Below the pieces are notes generated by a model. The model was not told where the DNA came from. It saw only the letters and a program-made list of their open reading frames with translations, and did no database searches. Below are positions 54,101 to 64,000 of a stretch of 64,000 nucleotides of DNA, piece by piece (the first letter of the stretch is position 1; every line of letters begins with the position of its first letter). Position numbers and translations under genes: made by a program. The stretch comes from Camelus ferus. Its lineage: Eukaryota. Location of the stretch: contig NC_045697.1 of the NCBI RefSeq assembly GCF_009834535.1, positions 24,616,001 to 24,680,000 of the forward strand. The letters are read 5' to 3'.

Positions 54101-54660
54101 ATCATGTTACTCAGAGTACAAATCCTTTCAGTGACCAACAACCCCCAACACAATCTGATTCCCCACTACCTTGCTCACCTTATCTCCTACCACTCTTCTT
54201 ATGCTAAATCAACCCCAGTTGATTGACTGCCTTCATCTTCAAATATAACACATCCCCCTGGCTCAGAGCTTTTACGTTGCTGTTTCCTTATCTCTGGAGC
54301 ACAGTTCTCTCAGATATCCATCCTTATGGCTCCCTCTCTCCTATCCTTCAAGTGAAAGCTCAAATGTTTTCTATCTGGGAGGGCTTCCCTGACCACCTGT
54401 ATAAAATAGCAAATTTGCCATCATTCATTTTTTTTTTCCATAGCATTTATCTCTGTTTTACAAATGATAAGTCAATTTTTTTTACTCATTTATTTTTTGT
54501 CTAACTGGAATGAAGACTCCAGGCAAATGTGAACATCATCTATTGTTTGTTGTGTCTCCAATGGCTACAGCAATGGTTAACCTATAGTAAATATTTGCTA
54601 AGTATTTTTGAATAAATTAATGAAAGTGAATGAATAAAAATATGAATCAAAATGATAAAT
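54101..54660 (+). mobile_element. L2 3' region
   Basis: Contains 'ctcagagcttttacgttgctgtttcc...ttccctgaccacctgtataaaatagc...agtatttttgaataaattaatgaaagtgaatgaat'. Confidence 0.75.
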
Positions 54661-55253
54661 AAGTACATTTTCCTTGAGGCTACAATTTTGCCTCTATGAC
54701 TGATTTAAAATATCATAGTCTCAAAATTTACCTGCACAGATAGAATTGTAGCATAATTTATAATTGTAAAATTGAAAGGATAGGCAATACCAAAAACTCA
54801 TCAAAGAAGTACTGTGCATCTGGTCTACCTATGATGGAATTTAAGTGTCTGTTTAATGCTATGGAAACATTTCCTTGCTATGTTGGTCAGTGAAAAAAGC
54901 AATTTATAGCAAAGTATGTAAGGGTTTTAAGACTTTGAAAGTGAGAAATTTCCTTTTTTTTTATTTTATTTTTTTTTTTATTTTTACCAGTGTTCAGCAC
55001 AATTTTTCAGTTATTCATGGACATATACACACTCATTGTCACATTTTTTTCTCTGTGAGTTATCATAACATTTTGTGTATATTTCCCTGTGCTATACAGT
55101 GTAGTCTATTCTACAATTTTGAAATCCCAGTCTATCCCTTCCCACCCTCCACCCCCCTGGTAACCACAAGTCTGTATTCTCTGTCTGTGAGTCTATTTCT
55201 GTCCTTTATTTACGCTTTGTTTTTGTTTGTTTCTTTGTTTTTGTTTTTGTTTT

Positions 55254-58200
55254 TTAGATTCCACATATGAGCGATCTCATATGGTATTTTTCTTTCTCTT
55301 TCTGGCTTACTTCACTTAGAATGACATTCTCCAGGAGCATCCATGTTGCTGCAAATGGCATTATGTTGTCGGTTTTTATGGCTGAGTAGTATTCCATTGT
55401 ATAAATATACCACCTCTTCTTTATCCAGTCACCTGTTGATGGACATTTAGGCTGTTTCCATGTCTTGGCTATTGTAAATAGTGCTGCTATGAACATTGGG
55501 GTGCAGGTGTCATCCTGAAGTAGATTTCCTTCTGGATACAAGCCCAGGAGTGGGATTCCTGGGTCATATGGTAAGTCTATTCCTAGTCTTTTGAGGAATC
55601 TCCATACTGTTTTCCATAGTGGCTGCACCAAACTGCATTCCCACCAGCAGTGTAGGAGGGTTCCCCTTTCTCCACAGCCTCTCCAGCGTTTGTCATTTGT
55701 GGATTTTTGAATGACGGCCATTCTGACTGGTGTGAGGTGATACCTCATTGTAGTTTTGATTTGCATTTCTCTAATAATTAGTGATATTGAGCATTTTTTC
55801 ATGTGCTTTTTGATCATGTGTATGTCTTCCTTGGAGAATTGCTTGTTTAGGTCTTCAGGCCATTTTTGGATTGGGTTGTTTATTTTTTTCTTATTGAGTC
55901 ATATGAGCTGCTTATATATTCTGGAGATCAAGCCTTTGTCGGTTTCACTTGCAAAAATTTTCTCCCATTCCGTAGGTTTTATTCTTGTTTTATTTCTGGT
56001 TTCCTTTGCTGTGCAGAAGCTTGTAAGTTTCATTAGGTCCCATTTGTTTATTCTTGCTTTTATTTCTATTGCTTGGGTAGACTGTTCAAGGAGAACATTT
56101 TTGAGATGTACGTCAGATAATGTTTTGCCTATATTTTCTTCTAGGAGGTTTATTGTATCTTGTCTTATGTTTAAGTCTTTGATCCATCTTGAGTTGATTT
56201 GTGTGTATGGTGTAAGGGAGTGTTCTAGCTTTGTTGCTTTACATGCTGCTGTCCAGTTTTCCCAACACCATTTGCTGAAGAGACTGTCTTTATTCCATTG
56301 TATATTCTTGCCTCCTTTGTCGAAGATGAGTTGAACAAAAGTTTGTGGGTTCATTTCTGGGCTCTCTATTCTGTTCCATTGGTCTATATGTCTGTTTTGG
56401 TACCAATACCATGCTGTCTTGATGACTGTAGCTCTATAGTATTGTCTGAAGCCTGGGAGAGTTTTTCCTCCAGCCTCTTTCTTTCTCTTCAGTAATGCTT
56501 TGGCAATTCTAGGTCTTTGATGGTTCCATATGAATTTTATTATGATTTTTCTAGTTCTGTGAAATATGTCCTGGGTAACTGGATAGGGATTGCATTAAAT
56601 CTGTAGATTGCCTTGGGCAGTGTGACCATTTTAACAGTATTGATTCTTCCAATCCAAGAGCATGGAATATCTTTCCATTTTTTAAAGTCTTCTTTAATTT
56701 CCTTCATCAATGGTTTATAGTTTTCTGTGTATAATTCTTTCACCTCCTTGGTTAGATTTATTCCCAGATATTTTATTACTTTGGGTGCTATTTTAAAGGG
56801 GATTGTTTCTTTACTTTCTTCTTCTGTTGATTTATCGTTAGTGTAAAGAAATGCAACTGATTTTTGAACGTTAATTTTGTAACCTGCTACCTTGCTGAAT
56901 TCTTCAATCAGCTCTAGTAGCTTTTGTGTGGACCTTTTAGGGTTTTCTATATATAGTAACATGTCATCAGCATATAATGACACTTTTACCTCTTCTTTTC
57001 CAATTTGGATCCCTTTTATTTCTTTCTCTTGCCTGACTGCTGTGGCTAGGACTTCCAGGACTATGTTGAATAGGAGTGGTGATAGTGGGCATCCTTGTCT
57101 TGTCCCAGATTTTAGTGGGAAGCTTTTGAGTTTTTCACTGTTGAGTACTATGCTGGCTGTAGGTTTGTCATATATAGCTTTTATTATGTTGAGATATGTT
57201 CCCTCTATACCCACTTTGGCGAGAGTTTTTATCATAAATGGGTGTTGAATTTTATCAAATGCTTTTTCTGCATCGATTGAGATGATCATGTGGTTTTTGT
57301 CCTTTCTCTTGTTGATGTGATGTATTACACTGATTGATTTGCGTATGTTGAACCAGCCTTGTGTCCCTGGGATGAACCCCACTTGGTCATGATGTATAAT
57401 CTTTTTTATGTGTTGTTGGATTCTATTTGCTAAAATTTTGGTGAGGATTTTGGCGTCTATGTTCATCAGTGATATTGGCCTATAATTCTCTTTTTTTGTA
57501 GTGTCTTTGCCTGGTTTTGGTATCAAGGTGATGGTGGCTCCATAGAATGAGTTTGGGTGTATTCCCTCCTTTTCAATTGTCTGGAAGAGTTTGAGAAGGA
57601 CTGGTATGAGTTCTTTGTAAGTTTGGTAGAATTCCCCGGTGAAGCTGTCCGGTCCTGGACTTTTATTTGTAGGGAGGTTTTTAATTGCTATTTCTATTTC
57701 CTTTCTAGTGATCGGATTGTTCAAGTGTTCAGATTCTTCTTGATTCAGTTTTGGTGGACAGTATATTTCCAGAAACATGTCCATCTCCTCTAGGTTATCC
57801 AGTTTGGTTCTATATAGTTTTTCATAATATTCTCGTATGATATTCTGTATTTCTATTTTGTTTGTTGTAATTTCTCCATTTTCCTTTCTTATTTTGCTAA
57901 TTTGTGCTCTCTCTTTTTTCTTCTTTGTGAGTTTGGCCAGAGGTTTGTCGATTTTATTTACTTTTTCAAAAAACCAGCTTTTGGTTTGGTTGATTTTTTC
58001 TATGGTCTTGTTAATCTCTATTTTCTCTGATCTTTATTATTTCCTTCCTTCTGCTGCTTTTTGGGGCTTTTTGTTCTTCTTTTTCTAATTCATTCAGGTG
58101 GTGGGTTAAATTGTTTATTTGAGATTGTTCTTCTTTTTTGAGGAATTCCTGTATCGCTATAAACTTCCCTCTTAGCACTGCCTTTGCTGTGTCCCATAGG

Positions 58201-59054
58201 TTTTGAGTGGTTGTGCTTTCATTATCATTTGTCTCAAGGTATTTTTTAATTTCAGCTTTGATTTCCTCATTGATCCATTGTTTTTTCAATAACATATTGT
58301 TTAATATCCATGCTTTCCTTTTTTTCTCCTTTGTTTCTGTGTTGTTGATTTCCAGTTTCATGGCATTGTGGTCAGTAAAGATGCTTGAGATAATTTCTAT
58401 CTTCTTAAAATTGTTGAGGTTTCTTTTGTGCCCAAGTACATGATCGATCCTGGAAAATGTTCCATGTGCACTTGAAAAGAATGTATATCCTATTTTTGGG
58501 GGGTGTAATGCTCTGAAAATATCCACCAAATCTAGTTTTTCTATTGTAGTATTTAATTTCTCTGTTGCCTTGTTTATTTTCTGTCTGGAAGATCTGTCTA
58601 GTGATGTTAATGCAGTGTTAAAATCTCCAACTATGATTGTATTCCCATCAATATCCCCCTTTATCTCTGTTAGTAATTCTTGTATGTACTTAGGTGCTCC
58701 TATATTGGGTGCATATATATTAACGAGTGTAATATCCTCATCTTGTATCACTCCTTTAATCATTATAAAATGTCCTTCTTTATCTTTCTTTATGGCCTTT
58801 GTTTTAAAGTCTATTTTGTCTGAAATCAGTACTGCAACACCTGCTTTTTTGGCTTTTCCATTTGCATGGAATATCTTTTTCCATCCTTTCACTCTCAATC
58901 TATATGTGTCCTTCTCCCTAAAGTGGGTCTCTTGTATGCAGCATATTGAAGGTTCTTGCTTTATTATCCAGTCTGCCACTCTGTGTCTTTTGACTGGAGC
59001 ATTTAGTCTATTAACATTTACAGTAATTAATGATAGATGTGTGTTTATTGCCAT
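55254..59054 (-). pseudogene. L1 ORF2p (APE endonuclease, reverse transcriptase, C-terminal Cys-rich domain), disrupted
   Basis: EN motifs CIQETH, VGDFN, SRIDH and TDHN; RT motifs QGCPLSP and YADD. Frameshifts near 58021 and 56550, TGA at 55899-55901, and the first Cys of the knuckle changed to Arg ([14 protein letters not shown]). Confidence 0.97.
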
Positions 59055-59458
59055 TTTGAACTTATCTTTGCAGTTGAATTGGTATATCCTCTTTGTTCCT
59101 TTCCTCTTCCTTTTGTGGTTTGGTAATTTTCCTTTGTATTATCATGGATTTTATTTAATTTTTGTGACTCCTTTGTAAATTTTTGGCTGGTGGTTACCCT
59201 TTTTTGTAAATCTGTCAACCCATTACTATAACTGTTTTTATTAAACTGATAGTAACATGATCTCAAACCCATCCTACTGTTAACAAAATTTAAAAAAGAA
59301 AGAAAAAAATATTCTATATTTCCCTGCCTCCCTCTCCCACTCTCAGTGATTTGTATGTCTTCTTTTATAATTTCATGTTTACTTTATTTGTAATTCATGA
59401 GTTATCACGTTTCCAGTTGTGAGTTTCTCATTTCTGTAGCATCCTGCTTCTTTTCTAT

Positions 59459-60362
59459 TTAGAATAGCCCTTTCAATATTTCTTTTAGCATGGGTTTAGT
59501 GTTGCTAAACTCCTGCATCTTTTTTTTGTCTGTGAAACTCTTTTTTTCTCCTTCTATCCTCAAGAATAGCCTTGCTGGATAAAGGATCCTAGGCTGCATC
59601 TTTTTTTCATTCAGCGCTTTGAATATATCTTGCCACTCCCTTCTGGTCTGTAGTGTTTGTGTAGAGAAATCAGCTGAGAGCCTTATGGGGGTTCCCTTGT
59701 AACTTACTCTTTGCTTTTCTCTTGCTGCCTTTAGAATCATTTCTTTATCCTTGACTCTGGCCATCTTGATTATGATATGTCTTGGTGTGGCGTCTATTTG
59801 GGTTCTTCCTGTTTGGGACCCTCTGAGCTTCCTGTACTTGGATATCTGATTCCTTCTTTAGGTTTGGGAAGTTTTCAGTCATGATTTCTTCAAAAACCTT
59901 TTCAATCCCCTTTGATCTTTCTTCTCCTTGTGGGACCCCTATTATGTGAAGATTGGGACGCTTTATATTATCCTATAGGTCCCTTATGCTATTTTCATTA
60001 TTTTTTATTTGCTTATCTTGTAGTTCTTCTGAATGGGTGCTTTCTATTGCCCTGTCTTCTAGATCACTAATTCGTTCCTCTGCATTATCTAGTCGGCTTT
60101 GCACAGATATTAGATCATTCCTCATCTCTGTCAATGAGTTTACCCATTCTACTTGGCTCTTCTTTATAGCTTCAATTTCATTTTTGACATATTTTATATC
60201 TCTAAACACTATCTCTTTCAATTCCTTCAGCAATTAGATGACTCCTTTTTTGAAATCTTGATCTAGTAGGCTATCGATGTCTATTTCATTGATCTTTCTT
60301 TCAGGGGATTTCTCTTGTTCTTTTAATTGGGAAAGGTTTTTCTGCTTCTTCATCTTGCTCAT
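59459..60362 (-). pseudogene. L1 ORF1p (coiled coil, RRM, CTD; about 300 codons), disrupted
   Basis: Reads MSKMKKQKNLSQLKEQEKSPE...SRLDNAEERISDLED...ILKAAREK..YKGTPIRLSADFS..RREW..ILYPARL. Stops at 60234-60236 and 59973-59975, and a +1 frameshift near 59790. Confidence 0.95.
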
Positions 60363-60769
60363 ACCTCTTTGGCACTGTGGTTTATGGAGTATCAGTTGTT
60401 TATTTGGGTCCTTAAGGATTTTATCTATCTGATGCCTATTTGGGAATAGAACTTAGGAAAAAAAGAAAAAAAAATAGAGAGAGAGAAAGAATTTTAAAAG
60501 AAGGGAGAAAGAGGGTTTGAAAACAGTGTATAATGAATAATAGAAGAGTGAGTTGAAGCAGAGTATTAATCGGGTTGAGATGTCCTTTTAAAACCTTTAC
60601 AAAAAAAGGGGGGGGGGGAGATGAATAGATGTATTTGAAACCTGTGTCTAATCAATAGCAGGACATCAAAACCCAAGAGAAATAGAAATGAATTAAGAAG
60701 TAAAGATTAAGAGAGTAATAGAAAATAGAACAGGTAAAAACAGATTAAAAAAAAAAAAGGTGGGGGCGG

Positions 60770-62037
60770 GTTTGTCGGTGTTCTCCTGGAGTCTGTGTGC
60801 TTTTAATGTGAAGTCTTTCTGTCTTCGTCCTGTTTTGGAAGCTCAGCTTGCTGTTTTCAGAGGCCCTCCGTTGGCGCCCTCTTCTGTGCTGCTCCCAGCA
60901 CCTGTCGGCAAGCAGATCGCGCCTCCTCCTAACACTGGGTCAGGTGCAGCTCTCTGCTGTGGGCGGGTGGGTCGCTGCCCCTCCGGATGCTGCAGTCAGA
61001 TGTTGCAGATTGGCCAGGTAGGAGGGCGGGTCGTGCCCCCTCCCAGCACCTCGGTCAGGGGCTGTGTTCCTGCCAGAAAGGCGGGGGGGCCGCTCTCCCT
61101 CTACCTGCACCGCCTGTAGTTCCGCTCTTTGTGCGGCTGCGCGCTCCGCCCTGGTCGGCGCTCCGCAGGTGGGCTCGGGGAAGATCGAGGGACAGCCTTG
61201 TCCCTGCTCCGAGCCAAAGCCCAGCTCCTTGTTTGTCTTTGTGGAGCAAGTTCTCTGAGGGACCAGGATGGAATGATCCTATCTGCCCCGGGCTGCAGGC
61301 CAGTCTGTCTGGCCTTTGAGGCTGCTAAGCCCTTCTGTGCGGATGCAGTTTTCGCCCCCGCCCCCGCCTGAGTGCTCAGCGCGGGGGATATGGCGGCTGT
61401 GCCTGAGCCCCGCCTCTCTTCCCCCGAAAACTTTCCGCGGGTTTTCAGAGATGGGGGTGTGCACCCTTCCCCTGAGAGCACATCAACCTTGCTGTTTTAT
61501 GGAGGGCCCAGGTCGTTCTGCCCTGTGCACCCACAGCCACAGCGCGCAGCCCCTTGCGTTCCCCCGGGGCTGCCTCCGTGCAGCCACTTCCGTCCTCCGC
61601 CCGGCTTGTGCAGCCTGGCCCTGCCCGCTGCTGCCGGCCCGCATCTCAGGCTGGGTGTCGGAGGGACACTCTGTGCCCGTTTAACTTAGTTCTGTTAGTC
61701 AAGGGCTGCTCTGTACAGATCCGAGCCTCGGAGGCTCCCCCTCCATCCCGCAGGCCTCTCAGTTGGAGAGGGGAGACCCAGCGAGTGAGCGCCAGTCCTC
61801 CTTTGCCGCTCCCTCCCCGTGGGACCCGTCCCGCGCTGCTTTGCCTTTTGTTCTTTCTTTTTTCCTTTTCTCCTACCAGATTTTTGGCGTCTTTATCTTT
61901 TGAAGAGGGCGATGTTCTGTCGGAGTTCCGCAGGTGCTCTGGTTGGCTGAGTGGGTCTGTAGATGTGGGTCTTGGTGTATTTGTGGGAGAGGGTGACCTG
62001 AGAGCGTCCTTCTACTCCGCCATCTTCTCTGTCTTCA
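60770..62037 (-). promoter_or_regulatory. L1 5'UTR internal promoter / CpG island with 5' YY1 site
   Basis: The only GC- and CpG-rich kilobase in the window. AAGATGGCG (plus-strand cgccatctt, 62018-62026) lies about 11 nt from the element start, as in other mammalian L1s. Confidence 0.85.
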
Positions 62038-62209
62038 AAATTTCCTTTTTATTATGCACAATTCTATACTGGTTAATCTGATTTTTACTATGCTCTCCCA
62101 TTGCTTTTACAATTGAATTTTTCATGTAGGTTTACTTAAAATACACACACACAAACACTAAATCTACTGGTACAACATGAATGCCAGTGACAGTAGTACT
62201 GAAGCTAAT

Positions 62210-62330
62210 TATGAGAATGACCTTCCTGAGAACAGAACAATATTTCTTCCCTGATCTGCTCCAGCATTCAGAATTCCAGTACTGCGCCTCAGACTAGATC
62301 TTTAAAAAATATTTGTTGATTGCATTATTG
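62210..62330 (+). mobile_element. L2 3' end
   Basis: Contains 'agaatgaccttcctgagaacagaac...aaaaaatatttgttgattgcatt'. Confidence 0.5.
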
Positions 62331-64000
62331 AGATTTGAGTTCCACATATTAAGTAACACCACAAAAAGTTTCTTCTCATATTTATACTTTGTTCTTAGTT
62401 TCATTTTCATCAAAACACACACACACAACACAGTCACAATGAACAGTTATTCTGTTCTCTAGATAAAAAAGCAGTAGCTTGTAGAAGAGTCCCAAGAGAT
62501 AAAATGCAATGACTACCAATACAGCAAAACTCCCAGGGGAACTTTTGACTCAATTTTCCAACAGTGGCAGAGAAAAAAGAAACAGAGTTCTGTCAAGTTC
62601 CAGAAAAGAACCATCCCATCCGGTCCCTGGAGAAATGCTGGGAGAATGGGCATTACTTTTGTCGCTTTTGAAGCCTTCGTCTCTCGATCCACTACTGCTG
62701 GCACTGCCCATTTAACTGCACCGTGACCTGCTTTGAAGGAAGAAATTCAGGGAAGACGAATGCCAGCTTGAAGTCCCCAAACACAGTATTCATATGGACC
62801 CGATCAAAAAGAAAAGAAATCATTTCAGGTCTGAGGGACTGCTGCTGAGCGAGTGAGACTAGAAGAGTCTGAAAGGACAGCAGATTGAAATAGCAGAAGT
62901 GATACTTTTATTCTGACATCTTTGCAGAGGGATTCATTTTGGGACTGCTCAAAATGTTTTGCACCTTATAATCCTTAAAGTATTTTACAATCAGATTTTA
63001 CTCTTTTTTGAGGGCCCCAGATTCTTGCACAAGGCTTCTATTTTCTTTCTGGGTTCGCGTCACCATTTTGATAAAGTAAAATAATGTATTTATTTTCTGT
63101 CAAGTCATCAGAGAAATTACAGAAATTTGCTGAACTGTATTAAAACTATCTAAGAATTTTCTAATAAATTAAATACTGAGTAATACACTATCATTTTTTC
63201 TGTTTTGTTAATAAGAACTATTAATCATCTAATATTTAACAGAATTAATTCCTCTGAGTAAATAAAGAACCTATTGACAAAATCTTCTAAAATATAGTAT
63301 GTTTTGTATGGAAAGTTTAAAAAAATGCAAATGCTTGAAATTAAATGCCAGGCATTATTTACCTGATGCAATATATCTTATCACATCTAAGTATTTTAAA
63401 TAATTCTACTGGGTATTCACTGTTTTGAAAGAACATGAACTATTTCAATATTAATCAGTAAATAACTTATTAGAAAAAATATATTCTATTATTTTCTATG
63501 ATTCAAGATGATTTTATGTAAAAATCAAGAGTAAATTAAGTACTTAAAATTTTTATTTGTATATATTTATGTTTTATTTTATTAATTTACCAAAGTCTCT
63601 CCCCAATAAATTTTTTTCATTGAAAGAAATGTTAATACTGCAGTTGTTTCACTTGTCAGTGTGATATATTTTCGAGTTATTTTTTTGTGCCCTTTCCACT
63701 TCATCTCCTTGATTAGCACATGATCATTCTTCTCTGTTAGTAATAAAGCATATGAATTTGAGTAAGTTAAGGGCAATGTGAATAATCAGGGCTACAGCAT
63801 TTTTCTAATGATACCGATTTTCTCACATCTTGAATTATAACCCTACTTCTGAACATTCAAATTCCAAATCACATACTTACATTCAATTGATACTAAAGGA
63901 TGAAATAATTTTGAATAGGTTTCTCAGCAGTTTACAATCTTTAAAATCAAGATATTTTCTAGAATTATTAGTATTTTAAAAATTAATAATTAATTTTAGA

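Larger units (their letters stand above)
54959..62037 (-). mobile_element. Near full-length lineage-specific LINE-1, inactive
   Basis: Perfect 13-bp TSD aaatttccttttt (54946-54958, 62038-62050) and an EN-like AT/AAAA site. A-rich tail, 3'UTR, ORF2, spacer, ORF1 and CpG-rich 5'UTR are all present in order. Confidence 0.98.

Noticed and set aside
49261..54958. Inversion of the segment between the two inverted L1 copies
   Set aside because: Each L1 is still flanked by its own matching TSD pair. A single crossover inversion would have swapped the inner TSDs.
56540..57784. 414-aa RT ORF as an active L1 or a novel RT-based system
   Set aside because: It is an ordinary L1 ORF2 segment bounded by frameshifts, and ORF1 is also disrupted.
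55756..59178. Long + strand ORFs (192, 118, 202 aa) and the minus-strand 192-aa ORF at 47837-48415
   Set aside because: These are antisense shadows of L1 ORF2, not independent genes.
60760..62081. Many overlapping 60-175 aa ORFs, considered as possible ORF0 analogues
   Set aside because: GC-rich 5'UTR sequence is stop-poor, many start at GTG/TTG, and none shows a recognisable similarity.
1..64000. CRISPR arrays, operons, rRNA or other prokaryote-type systems
   Set aside because: The sequence is mammalian repeat-rich DNA, and I saw no such structures.

Overview
AT-rich, CpG-depleted placental-mammal DNA, most likely from a camelid (inferred from two tRNA-Ala-derived SINEs resembling camelid Vic-1). 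It looks like a very large intron or intergenic region. I cannot identify any host protein-coding gene. The main feature is a near full-length (~7.1 kb), minus-strand, inactivated LINE-1 at 54959-62037. It has a perfect 13-bp TSD, a CpG-island 5'UTR with a YY1 site, a disrupted ORF1, a 404-nt spacer holding its own 75-codon ORF, and a disrupted ORF2. A 5'-truncated relative lies in the opposite orientation at 47570-49260. The two copies differ clearly (about 8% or more where I counted) except for a 470-bp tract of perfect identity, which suggests gene conversion or an assembly artefact. The rest is a layered set of old repeats: L1MC/MB/MA/ME-like fragments, L2, MIR, MaLR and ERVL LTRs, an ERVL pol fragment, hAT and Tigger MITEs, and microsatellites. 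A strong + strand splice cassette at 27732-27836 has recursive-splice-site (AG|GT plus short exon) geometry. I see no convincing novel multi-gene system. The best leads are the conversion tract, the L1 spacer ORF and the recursive-splice-like cassette. Repeat subfamily names come from recalled consensus sequences, and boundaries of old repeats are approximate; both need RepeatMasker/Dfam confirmation.
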